Below, in pieces: positions 45,160-60,800 of a stretch of 64,000 bases of DNA; the first letter of the stretch is position 1; every line of letters starts with the position of its first letter. A model generated the notes under the pieces. That model did no database searches and was not told the DNA's origin. It saw only the letters and a list, made by a program, of their open reading frames with translations. Made by a program: the position numbers and the translations under genes. The stretch spans positions 316,448,001 through 316,512,000 of the forward strand of contig OZ024740.1 of NCBI GenBank assembly GCA_964016885.1, given 5' to 3'. The stretch is from Eledone cirrhosa. Lineage: Eukaryota.

Positions 45160-48100
45160 TACTACCATCATATATATAACTATATTAAACTATTGGAAAC
45201 TACTACCATCATCTATAGAACTATATTAAACTATTGGACACTACTACCATCATATATAGAACTATATTAAACTGTTGGACATAACTACCATCATATATAG
45301 AACCATATTAAACTATTGGACACTACTACCATCATATATAGAACTATATTAAACTATTGGACACTACTACCATCATATATAAAACTATATTAAACTATTT
45401 TCCCACCTCTTTCTGTTTCAACCAACCATAACTGGCCACTCATAATAAGTAAGGTATGGTTCTCAAAATAAATAATATCAAAATCTCATAGATTCGATAT
45501 TACGTCAGGTAAAGCCTTTATCATGAAAATATAATAGTAAATATAAAGTAATGTAAATACTAAAGTTTAAACTGTATTGAAACAACTACCATCATATATT
45601 AAACTGTTGGACACTACGGCCATCATATATAGAACTATATTAAATTATTGGACACTACTACCATCATATATAAAACTATATTAAACTATTGGACACTACT
45701 ACCATCATATATAGAACTATATTAAAATATTGGACACTACTACTATCATATATAGAACTATATTAAACTGTTGGACACTGCTACCATCATATATAGAACT
45801 ATATTAAACTGTTGGACACTACTACCATCATATATGGAACTATATTAAACTATTGGACAGTGCTACCATCATATATAGAACTATATTAAACTGTAGGACA
45901 CTACTACCATCATATATAGAACTATATTAAACTATTGGAGACTACTACCATCATATATAGAACTATATTAAACTATTGGACACTACTACCATAATATATA
46001 GAACTATATTAAACTGTTGGAAACTACTACCATCATATATAGAACTATTTTAAAATATTGGACACTACTACCATCATATATAGAACTATATTAAACCGTT
46101 GGACACCGCTACCATCATATATAGAACTATATTAAACTATTGGACACTACTACCATCATATATAGAACTATATTAAACTATTGGACACTACTACCATCAT
46201 ATATAGAACCATATTAAACTATTGGACACTACTACCATCATATATAGAACTATATTACACTATTGGACACTACTACCATCATATATAGAACTACATTAAA
46301 CTATTGGACACTACTGCCATCATATATAGAACTATATTAAACTCTTAGACACTACTACCATCATATATAGAACTATATTAAACTATTGGACACTACTACC
46401 ATCATATATAGAACTATATTAAAGTATGGGACACTACTACCATCATATATAGAACTATACTAAACTATTGGACGCCACTAGCATCATATATAAAACTATA
46501 TAAAACTATTTTCCCCCTTCTTTCTGTTTCAACCAACCATAACTGGCCACTCATACTGATTAAGTTATGGTTCTCAAAATAAAAAATATCAAAATCTCAT
46601 AGATTCGATATTATGTCAGGTAAAGCCTTTATCATGAAAATATAATTATAAATATGAAGTAACGTAAATACTAAAGTTTAAACTGTATTGAAACAACTAC
46701 CATCATATATTAAACTGTTGGACACTACGGCCATCATATATAGAACTATATTAAATTATTGGACACTACTACCATCATATATAAAACTATATTAAACTAT
46801 TGGACACTACTACCATCATATATAGAACTATATTAAAATATTGGACACTACTACTATCATATATAGAACTATATTAAACTGTTGGACACTGCTACCATCA
46901 TATATAGAACTATATTAAACTGTTGGACACTACTACCATCATATATGGAACTATATTAAACTATTGGACAGTGCTACCATGATATATAGAACTATATTAA
47001 AATGTTGGACACTGCTACCATCATATATAGAACTATATTAAACTGTTGGACACTACTACCATCATATATGGAATTATATTAAACTATTGGACACTACTAC
47101 CATCATATATAGAACTATATTAAATTATTGGAAACTACTACCATCATCTATAGAACTATATTATACTATTCGACACTACTACCATCATATATAGAACTAT
47201 ATTAAACTGTTGGACACTACTACCATCATATATAGAACTATATTAAACTATTGGACACTACTACCATCATATATAGAACTATATTAAACTTTTGTACACT
47301 ACTACCATCATATATAGAACTATATTAAACTATTGGACACTACTACCATCATATATAGAACTATATTAAACTATTGGACACTACTACCATCATATATAGA
47401 ACTATATTAAACATTTGGACACTACTACCATCATATATAGAACTATATTAAACTATTGGACACTACTACCATCATATATAGAACTATTTTAAACTATTGG
47501 ACACTACTACCATCATATATAGAACTATATTAAACTATTGGACACTACTACCATCATATATAGAACTATATTAAACTGTTGGACACTGCTATCATCATAT
47601 ATAGAACTATATTACATTGTTGGACACTACTACCATCATATATAGAACTATTTTAAACTATTGGACACTACTACCATCATATATAGAACTATATTAAACT
47701 ATTGGACACTACTACCATCATATATAGAACTATATTAAACTTTTGGACACTACTACCATCATATATAGAACTATATTAAACTGTTGGACACTGCTACCAT
47801 CATATATAGAACTATATTAAACTATTGGACACTACTACCATCATATATAGAAGCATATTAAACTATTGGACACTACTACCATCATATATAGAACTATATT
47901 AAACTATTGGACACTACTACCATCATATATAGAACTATTGGACACTACTACCATCATATATAGAACTATATTAAACTATTGGACACTTCTGCCATCATAT
48001 ATAGAACTATATTAAACTATTGGAGATTGCTATCATCATATATAGAACTATATTAAACTATTTTCTCCCCACTTTCTGTTTCAACCAACCATAACTGGCC

Positions 48101-51100
48101 ACTCATACTGATTAAGGTATGGTTCTCAAAGTAAATAATATCAAAATCTCATAGATTCGATAATATGTTAGGTAAAGCCTTTATCATGAAAATATAATAG
48201 TAAATATAAAGTAATGTAAATACTAAAGTTTAAAATGTATTGAAACAACTACCATCATATATTAAACTGTTGGACACTACTACCATCATATATAGAACTA
48301 TATTAAACTATTCGACACTACTACCATCATATATAGAATCATATTAAACTATTGGACACTACTACCATCATATATAGAACTATATTAAACTATTCGACAC
48401 TACTACCATCATATATAGAATCATATTAAACTATTGGACACTACTATCATCATATATAGAACTATATTAAACTATTGGACACTACTACCATCATATATAG
48501 AACTATATTAAACTATTGGACACTACTACCATCATATATAGAACTATATTAAACTTTTGGACACTACTACCATCATATATAGAACTATATTAAACTATGG
48601 GACACTACTACCATCATATATAGAACTATATTAAACTGTTGGACACTGCTATCATCATATATAGAACTATATTAAACTATTGGACACTACTACCATCATA
48701 TATAGAACTATATTAAACTATTGGACACTACTACCATCATATATAGAACTATATTAAACTTTTGGACACTACTACCATCATATATAGAACTATATTAAAC
48801 TATTGGACACTACTACCATCATATATAGAACTATATTAAACTGTTGGACACTGCTATCATCATATATAGAACTATATTAAACTATTGGACACTACTACCA
48901 TCATATATAGAACTATATTAAACTATTGGACACTACTACCATCATATATAGAACTATATTAAACTTTTGGACACTACTACCATCATATATAGAACTATAT
49001 TAAACTATTGGACACTACTACCATCATATATAGAACTATATTAAACTATTGGACACTACTACCATCATATATAGAACTATATTAAACTGTTGGACACTGC
49101 TATCATCATATATAGAACTATATTAAACTATTGGACACTACTACCATCATATATAGAACTATATTAAACTATTGGACACTACTACCATCATATATATAAC
49201 TATATTAAACTATTGGAAACTACTACCATCATCTATAGAACTATATTAAACTATTGGACACTACTACCATCATATATAGAACTATATTAAACTGTTGGAC
49301 ATAACTACCATCATATATAGAACCATATTAAACTATTGGACACTACTACCATCATATATAGAACTATATTAAACTATTGGACACTACTACCATCATATAT
49401 AAAACTATATTAAACTATTTTCCCACCTCTTTCTGTTTCAACCAACCATAACTGGCCACTCATAATAAGTAAGGTATGGTTCTCAAAATAAATAATATCA
49501 AAATCTCATAGATTCGATATTACGTCAGGTAAAGCCTTTATCAGGAAAATATAATAGTAAATATAAAGTAATGTAAATACTAAAGTTTAAACTGTATTGA
49601 AACAACTACCATCATATATTAAACTGTTGGACACTACGGCCATCATATATAGAACTATATTAAATTATTGGACACTACTACCATCATATATAAAACTATA
49701 TTAAACTATTGGACACTACTACCATCATATATAGAACTATATTAAAATATTGGACACTACTACTATCATATATAGAACTATATTAAACTGTTGGACACTG
49801 CTACCATCATATATAGAACTATATTAAACTGTTGGACACTACTACCATCATATATGGAACTATATTAAACTATTGGACAGTGCTACCATCATATATAGAA
49901 CTATATTAAACTGTAGGACACTACTACCATCATATATAGAACTATATTAAACTATTGGAGACTACTACCATCATATATAGAACTATATTAAACTATTGGA
50001 CACTACTACCATAATATATAGAACTATATTAAACTGTTGGAAACTACTACCATCATATATAGAACTATTTTAAAATATTGGACACTACTACCATCATATA
50101 TAGAACTATATTAAACCGTTGGACACCGCTACCATCATATATAGAACTATATTAAACTATTGGACACTACTACCATCATATATAGAACTATATTAAACTA
50201 TTGGACACTACTACCATCATATATAGAACCATATTAAACTATTGGACACTACTACCATCATATATAGAACTATATTACACTATTGGACACTACTACCATC
50301 ATATATAGAACTACATTAAACTATTGGACACTACTGCCATCATATATAGAACTATATTAAACTCTTAGACACTACTACCATCATATATAGAACTATATTA
50401 AACTATTGGACACTACTACCATCATATATAGAACTATATTAAAGTATGGGACACTACTACCATCATATATAGAACTATACTAAACTATTGGACGCCACTA
50501 GCATCATATATAAAACTATATAAAACTATTTTCCCCCTTCTTTCTGTTTCAACCAACCATAACTGGCCACTCATACTGATTAAGTTATGGTTCTCAAAAT
50601 AAAAAATATCAAAATCTCATAGATTCGATATTATGTCAGGTAAAGCCTTTATCATGAAAATATAATTATAAATATGAAGTAACGTAAATACTAAAGTTTA
50701 AACTGTATTGAAACAACTACCATCATATATTAAACTGTTGGACACTACGGCCATCATATATAGAACTATATTAAATTATTGGACACTACTACCATCATAT
50801 ATAAAACTATATTAAACTATTGGACACTACTACCATCATATATAGAACTATATTAAAATATTGGACACTACTACTATCATATATAGAACTATATTAAACT
50901 GTTGGACACTGCTACCATCATATATAGAACTATATTAAACTGTTGGACACTACTACCATCATATATGGAACTATATTAAACTATTGGACAGTGCTACCAT
51001 GATATATAGAACTATATTAAAATGTTGGACACTGCTACCATCATATATAGAACTATATTAAACTGTTGGACACTACTACCATCATATATGGAATTATATT

Positions 51101-54100
51101 AAACTATTGGACACTACTACCATCATATATAGAACTATATTAAATTATTGGAAACTACTACCATCATCTATAGAACTATATTATACTATTCGACACTACT
51201 ACCATCATATATAGAACTATATTAAACTGTTGGACACTACTACCATCATATATAGAACTATATTAAACTATTGGACACTACTACCATCATATATAGAACT
51301 ATATTAAACTTTTGTACACTACTACCATCATATATAGAACTATATTAAACTATTGGACACTACTACCATCATATATAGAACTATATTAAACTATTGGACA
51401 CTACTACCATCATATATAGAACTATATTAAACATTTGGACACTACTACCATCATATATAGAACTATATTAAACTATTGGACACTACTACCATCATATATA
51501 GAACTATTTTAAACTATTGGACACTACTACCATCATATATAGAACTATATTAAACTATTGGACACTACTACCATCATATATAGAACTATATTAAACTGTT
51601 GGACACTGCTATCATCATATATAGAACTATATTACATTGTTGGACACTACTACCATCATATATAGAACTATTTTAAACTATTGGACACTACTACCATCAT
51701 ATATAGAACTATATTAAACTATTGGACACTACTACCATCATATATAGAACTATATTAAACTATTGGACACTACTACCATCATATATAGAACTATATTAAA
51801 CTGTTGGACACTGCTACCATCATATATAGAACTATATTAAACTATTGGACACTACTACCATCATATATAGAAGCATATTAAACTATTGGACACTACTACC
51901 ATCATATATAGAACTATATTAAACTATTGGACACTACTACCATCATATATAGAACTATTGGACACTACTACCATCATATATAGAACTATATTAAACTATT
52001 GGACACTTCTGCCATCATATATAGAACTATATTAAACTATTGGAGATTGCTATCATCATATATAGAACTATATTAAACTATTTTCTCCCCACTTTCTGTT
52101 TCAACCAACCATAACTGGCCACTCATACTGATTAAGGTATGGTTCTCAAAGTAAATAATATCAAAATCTCATAGATTCGATAATATGTTAGGTAAAGCCT
52201 TTATCATGAAAATATAATAGTAAATATAAAGTAATGTAAATACTAAAGTTTAAAATGTATTGAAACAACTACCATCATATATTAAACTGTTGGACACTAC
52301 TACCATCATATATAGAACTATATTAAACTATTCGACACTACTACCATCATATATAGAATCATATTAAAATATTGGACACTACTACCATCATATATAGAAC
52401 TATATTAAACTATTCGACACTACTACCATCATATATAGAATCATATTAAACTATTGGACACTACTATCATCATATATAGAACTATATTAAACTATTGGAC
52501 ACTACTACCATCATATATAGAACTATATTAAACTATTGGACACTACTACCATCATATATAGAACTATATTAAACTTTTGGACACTACTACCATCATATAT
52601 AGAACTATATTAAACTATGGGACACTACTACCATCATATATAGAACTATATTAAACTGTTGGACACTGCTATCATCATATATAGAACTATATTAAACTAT
52701 TGGACACTACTACCATCATATATAGAACTATATTAAACTATTGGACACTACTACCATCATATATAGAACTATATTAAACTTTTGGACACTACTACCATCA
52801 TATATAGAACTATATTAAACTATTGGACACTACTACCATCATATATAGAACTATATTAAACTGTTGGACACTGCTATCATCATATATAGAACTATATTAA
52901 ACTATTGGACACTACTACCATCATATATAGAACTATATTAAACTATTGGACACTACTACCATCATATATAGAACTATATTAAACTTTTGGACACTACTAC
53001 CATCATATATAGAACTATATTAAACTATTGGACACTACTACCATCATATATAGAACTATATTAAACTATTGGACACTACTACCATCATATATAGAACTAT
53101 ATTAAACTGTTGGACACTGCTATCATCATATATAGAACTATATTAAACTATTGGACACTACTACCATCATATATAGAACTATATTAAACTATTGGACACT
53201 ACTACCATCATATATAGAACTATATTAAACTATTGGACACTACTACCATCATATATATAACTATATTAAACTATTGGAAACTACTACCATCATCTATAGA
53301 ACTATATTAAACTATTGGACACTACTACCATCATATATAGAACTATATTAAACTGTTGGACATAACTACCATCATATATAGAACCATATTAAACTATTGG
53401 ACACTACTACCATCATATATAGAACTATATTAAACTATTGGACACTACTACCATCATATATAAAACTATATTAAACTATTTTCCCACCTCTTTCTGTTTC
53501 AACCAACCATAACTGGCCACTCATAATAAGTAAGGTATGGTTCTCAAAATAAATAATATCAAAATCTCATAGATTCGATATTACGTCAGGTAAAGCCTTT
53601 ATCATGAAAATATAATAGTAAATATAAAGTAATGTAAATACTAAAGTTTAAACTGTATTGAAACAACTACCATCATATATTAAACTGTTGGACACTACGG
53701 CCATCATATATAGAACTATATTAAATTATTGGACACTACTACCATCATATATAAAACTATATTAAACTATTGGACACTACTACCATCATATATAGAACTA
53801 TATTAAAATATTGGACACTACTACTATCATATATAGAACTATATTAAACTGTTGGACACTGCTACCATCATATATAGAACTATATTAAACTGTTGGACAC
53901 TACTACCATCATATATGGAACTATATTAAACTATTGCACAGTGCTACCATCATATATAGAACTATATTAAACTGTAGGACACTACTACCATCATATATAG
54001 AACTATATTAAACTATTGGAGACTACTACCATCATATATGGAACTATATTAAACTATTGGACACTACTACCATAATATATAGAACTATATTAAACTGTTG

Positions 54101-54850
54101 GAAACTACTACCATCATATATAGAACTATTTTAAAATATTGGACACTACTACCATCATATATAGAACTATATTAAACCGTTGGACACCGCTACCATCATA
54201 TATAGAACTATATTAAACTATTGGACACTACTACCATCATATATAGAACTATATTAAACTATTGGACACTACTACCATCATATATAGAACCATATTAAAC
54301 TATTGGACACTACTACCATCATATATAGAACTATATTACACTATTGGACACTACTACCATCATATATAGAACTACATTAAACTATTGGACACTACTGCCA
54401 TCATATATAGAACTATATTAAACTCTTAGACACTACTACCATCATATATAGAACTATATTAAACTATTGGACACTACTACCATCATATATAGAACTATAT
54501 TAAAGTATGGGACACTACTACCATCATATATAGAACTATACTAAACTATTGGACGCCACTAGCATCATATATAAAACTATATAAAACTATTTTCCCCCCT
54601 CTTTCTGTTTCAACCAACCATAACTGGCCACTCATACTGATTAAGTTATGGTTCTCAAAATAAAAAATATCAAAATCTCATAGATTCGATATTATGTCAG
54701 GTAAAGCCTTTATCATGAAAATATAATTATAAATATGAAGTAACGTAAATACTAAAGTTTAAACTGTATTGAAACAACTACCATCATATATTAAACTGTT
54801 GGACACTACAGCCATCATATATAGAACTATATTAAATTATTGGACACTAC
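45160..54850. repeat. 4020-bp higher-order repeat (three cassettes per unit), about 2.4 copies; boundaries approximate
   Basis: Sequence lines at 45361 and 49381 onward are almost identical. Cassettes recur at 45400/49420, 46511/50531 and 48063/52083. The next period is 4061 (one extra monomer). 4020 = 3x209 + 82x41 + one 31-bp monomer. Confidence 0.95.
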
Positions 54851-57800
54851 TACCATCATATATAGAACTATATTAAACTTTTGGACACTACTACCATCAT
54901 ATATAGAACTATATTAAACTATTGGACACTACTACCATCATATATAGAACTATATTAAACTATTGGACACTACTACCATCATATATAGAACTATATTAAA
55001 CTGTTGGACACTGCTATCATCATATATAGAACTATATTAAACTATTGGACACTACTACCATCATATATAGAACTATATTAAACTATTGGACACTACTACC
55101 ATCATATATAGAACTATATTAAACTATTGGACACTACTACCATCATATATATAACTATATTAAACTATTGGAAACTACTACCATCATCTATAGAACTATA
55201 TTAAACTATTGGACACTACTACCATCATATATAGAACTATATTAAACTGTTGGACATAACTACCATCATATATAGAACCATATTAAACTATTGGACACTA
55301 CTACCATCATATATAGAACTATATTAAACTATTGGACACTACTACCATCATATATAAAACTATATTAAACTATTTTCCCACCTCTTTCTGTTTCAACCAA
55401 CCATAACTGGCCACTCATAATAAGTAAGGTATGGTTCTCAAAATAAATAATATCAAAATCTCATAGATTCGATATTACGTCAGGTAAAGCCTTTATCATG
55501 AAAATATAATAGTAAATATAAAGTAATGTAAATACTAAAGTTTAAACTGTATTGAAACAACTACCATCATATATTAAACTGTTGGACACTACGGCCATCA
55601 TATATAGAACTATATTAAATTATTGGACACTACTACCATCATATATAAAACTATATTAAACTATTGGACACTACTACCATCATATATAGAACTATATTAA
55701 ACTATTGGACACTACTACCATCATATATAGAACCATATTAAACTATTGGACACTACTACCATCATATATAGAACTATATTACACTATTGGACACTACTAC
55801 CATCATATATAGAACTACATTAAACTATTGGACACTACTGCCATCATATATAGAACTATATTAAACTCTTAGACACTACTACCATCATATATAGAACTAT
55901 ATTAAACTATTGGACACTACTACCATCATATATAGAACTATATTAAAGTATGGGACACTACTACCATCATATATAGAACTATACTAAACTATTGGACGCC
56001 ACTAGCATCATATATAAAACTATATAAAACTATTTTCCCCCCTCTTTCTGTTTCAACCAACCATAACTGGCCACTCATACTGATTAAGTTATGGTTCTCA
56101 AAATAAAAAATATCAAAATCTCATAGATTCGATATTATGTCAGGTAAAGCCTTTATCATGAAAATATAATTATAAATATGAAGTAACGTAAATACTAAAG
56201 TTTAAACTGTATTGAAACAACTACCATCATATATTAAACTGTTGGACACTACAGCCATCATATATAGAACTATATTAGATTATTGGACACTACTACCATC
56301 ATATATAGAACTATATTAAACTATTGGACACTACTACCATCATATATTGAGCTATATTAAAATATTGAACACTGCTATCATCATATATAGAACCATATTG
56401 AACTATTCGACACTACTACCATAATATATAGAATCATATTAAACTATTCGACACTACTACCATCATATATAGAACTATATTAAACTATTCGAGACTACTA
56501 CCATCATATATAGAATCATATTAAACTATTGGACACTACTACCATCATATATAGAACTATATTAAACTATTGGACACTACTACCATCATATATAGAACTA
56601 TATTAAACTTTTGTACACTACTACCATCATATATAGAACTATATTAAACTATTGGACACTACTACCATCATATATAGAACTATATTAAACTATTGCACAC
56701 TACTACCATCATATATAGAACTATATTAAACTTTTGGACACTACTACCATCATATATAGAACTATATTAAACTATTGGACACTACTACCATCATATATAG
56801 AACTATTTTAAACTATTGGACACTACTACCATCATATATAGAACTATATTAAACTATTGGACACTACTACCATCATATATAGAACTATATTAAACTTTTG
56901 GACACTACTACCATCATATATAGAACTATCTGAAACTATTGGACACTACTACCATCATATATAGAACTATATTAAACTGTTGGACACTGCTATCATCATA
57001 TATAGAACTATATTACATTGTTGGACACTACTACCATCATATATAGAACTATATTAAACTATTGGACACTACTACCATCATATATAGAACTATAGTAAAC
57101 TATTGGAAACTACTGCCATCATCTATAGAACTATATTAAACTATTGGACACTACTACCATCATATATAGAACTATATTAAACTATTGGACACTACTACCA
57201 TCATACATAGAACCATATTAAACTATTGGACACTACTACCATCATATATAGAACTATATTAAACTATTGGACACTACTACCATCAAATATAAAACTATAT
57301 TAAACTTTTGGACACTACTACCATCATATACAGAACTATATTAAACTATTGGACACTACTACCATCATATATAGAACTATATTAAACTATTGGACACTAC
57401 TACCATCATATATAGAACTATATTAAACTGTTGGACATAACTACCATCATATATAGAACCATATTAAACTATTGGACACTACTACCATCATATATAGAAC
57501 TATATTAAACTATTGGACACTACTACCATCATATATAAAACTATATTAAACTATTTTCCCACCTCTTTCTGTTTCAACCAACCATAACTGGCCACTCATA
57601 ATAAGTAAGGTATGGTTCTCAAAATAAATAATATCAAAATCTCATAGATTCGATATTACGTCAGGTAAAGCCTTTATCATGAAAATATAATAGTAAATAT
57701 AAAGTAATGTAAATACTAAAGTTTAAACTGTATTGAAACAACTACCATCATATATTAAACTGTTGGACACTACGGCCATCATATATAGAACTATATTAAA

Positions 57801-60800
57801 TTATTGGACACTACTACCATCATATATAGAATCATATTAAACTATTGGACACTACTACCATCATATATAGAACTATATTAAACTATTCGACACTACTACC
57901 ATCATATATAGAATCATATTAAACTATTGGACACTACTACCATCATATATAGAACTATATTAAACTATTGGACACTACTACCATCATATATAGAACTATA
58001 TTAAACTATTGGACACTACTACCATCATATATAGAACTATATTAAACTTTTGGACACTACTACCATCATATATAGAACTATATTAAACTATGGGACACTA
58101 CTACCATCATATATAGAACTATATTAAACTGTTGGACACTGCTATCATCATATATAGAACTATATTAAACTATTGGACACTACTACCATCATATATAGAA
58201 CTATATTAAACTATTGGACACTACTACCATCATATATAGAACTATATTAAACTATTGGACACTACTACCATCATATATAGAACTATATTAAACTTTTGGA
58301 CACTACTACCATCATATATAGAACTATATTAAACTATTGGACACTACTACCATCATATATAGAACTATATTAAACTATTGGACACTACTACCATCATATA
58401 TAGAACTATATTAAACTGTTGGACACTGCTATCATCATATATAGAACTATATTAAACTATTGGACACTACTACCATCATATATAGAACTATATTAAACTA
58501 TTGGACACTACTACCATCATATATAGAACTATATTAAACTATTGGACACTACTACCATCATATATATAACTATATTAAACTATTGGAAACTACTACCATC
58601 ATCTATAGAACTATATTAAACTATTGGACACTACTACCATCATATATAGAACTATATTAAACTGTTGGACATAACTACCATCATATATAGAACCATATTA
58701 AACTATTGGACACTACTACCATCATATATAGAACTATATTAAACTATTGGACACTACTACCATCATATATAAAACTATATTAAACTATTTTCCCACCTCT
58801 TTCTGTTTCAACCAACCATAACTGGCCACTCATAATAAGTAAGGTATGGTTCTCAAAATAAATAATATCAAAATCTCATAGATTCGATATTACGTCAGGT
58901 AAAGCCTTTATCATGAAAATATAATAGTAAATATAAAGTAATGTAAATACTAAAGTTTAAACTGTATTGAAACAACTACCATCATATATTAAACTGTTGG
59001 ACACTACGGCCATCATATATAGAACTATATTAAATTATTGGACACTACTACCATCATATATAAAACTATATTAAACTATTGGACACTACTACCATCATAT
59101 ATAGAACTATATTAATCTATTGGACACTACTACCATCATATATAGAACTATATTAAACTTTTGGACACTACTACCATCATATATAGAACTATATTAAACT
59201 ATTGGACACTACTACCATCATATATATAACTATTTTAAACTATTGGACACTACTACCATCATATATAGAACTATATTAAACTATTGGACACTACTACCAT
59301 CATATATAGAACTATATTAAACTATTGGACACTACTACCATCATATATATAACTATTTTAAACTATTGGACACTACTACCATCATATATAGAACTATATT
59401 AAACTATTGGACACTACTACCATCATATATAGAACTATATTAAACTATTGGACACTACTACCATCATATATAGAACTATATTAATCTATTGGACACTACT
59501 ACCATCATATATAGAACTATATTAAACTTTTGGACACTACTACCATCATATATAGAACTATATTAAACTATTGGACACTACTACCATCATATATATAACT
59601 ATTTTAAACTATTGGACACTACTACCATCATATATAGAACTATATTAAACTATTGGACACTACTACCATCATATATAGAACTATATTAAACTATTGGACA
59701 CTACTACCATCATATATAGAACTATATTAAACTGTTGGACACTGCTACCATCATATATAGAACTATATTAAACCGTTGGACACTGCTACCATCATATATA
59801 GAACTATATTAAACTATTGGACACTACTACCATAATATATAGAACTATATTAAACTATTGGACACTACTACCATCATATATAGAAGCATATTAAACTATT
59901 GGACACTACTACCATCATATATAGAACTATATTAAACTATTGGACACTACTACCATCATATATAGAACTATTGGACACTACTACCATCATATATAGAACT
60001 ATATTAAACTATTGGACACTTCTGCCATCATATATAGAACTATATTAAACTATTGGAGATTGCTATCATCATATATAGAACTATATTAAACTATTTTCTC
60101 CCCACTTTCTGTTTCAACCAACCATAACTGGCCACTCATACTGATTAAGGTATGGTTCTCAAAGTAAATAATATCAAAATCTCATAGATTCGATAATATG
60201 TTAGGTAAAGCCTTTATCATGAAAATATAATAGTAAATATAAAGTAATGTAAATACTAAAGTTTAGACTGTATTGAAACAACTACCATCATATATTAAAC
60301 TGTTGGACACTACTACCATCATATATAGAACTATATTAAACTATTCGACACTACTACCATCATATATAGAATCATATTAAACTATTGGACAGTACTACCA
60401 TCATATATAGAACTATATTAAACTATTCGACACTACTACCATCATATATAGAATCATATTAAACTATTGGACACTACTACCATCATATATAGAACTATAT
60501 TAAACTATTGGACACTACTACCATCATATATAGAACTATATTAAACTATTGGACACTACTACCATCATATATAGAACTATATTAAACTTTTGGACACTAC
60601 TACCATCATATATAGAACTATATTAAACTATGGGACACTACTACCATCATATATAGAACTATATTAAACTGTTGGACACTGCTATCATCATATATAGAAC
60701 TATATTAAACTATTGGACACTACTACCATCATATATAGAACTATATTAAACTATTGGACACTACTACCATCATATATAGAACTATATTAAACTTTTGGAC

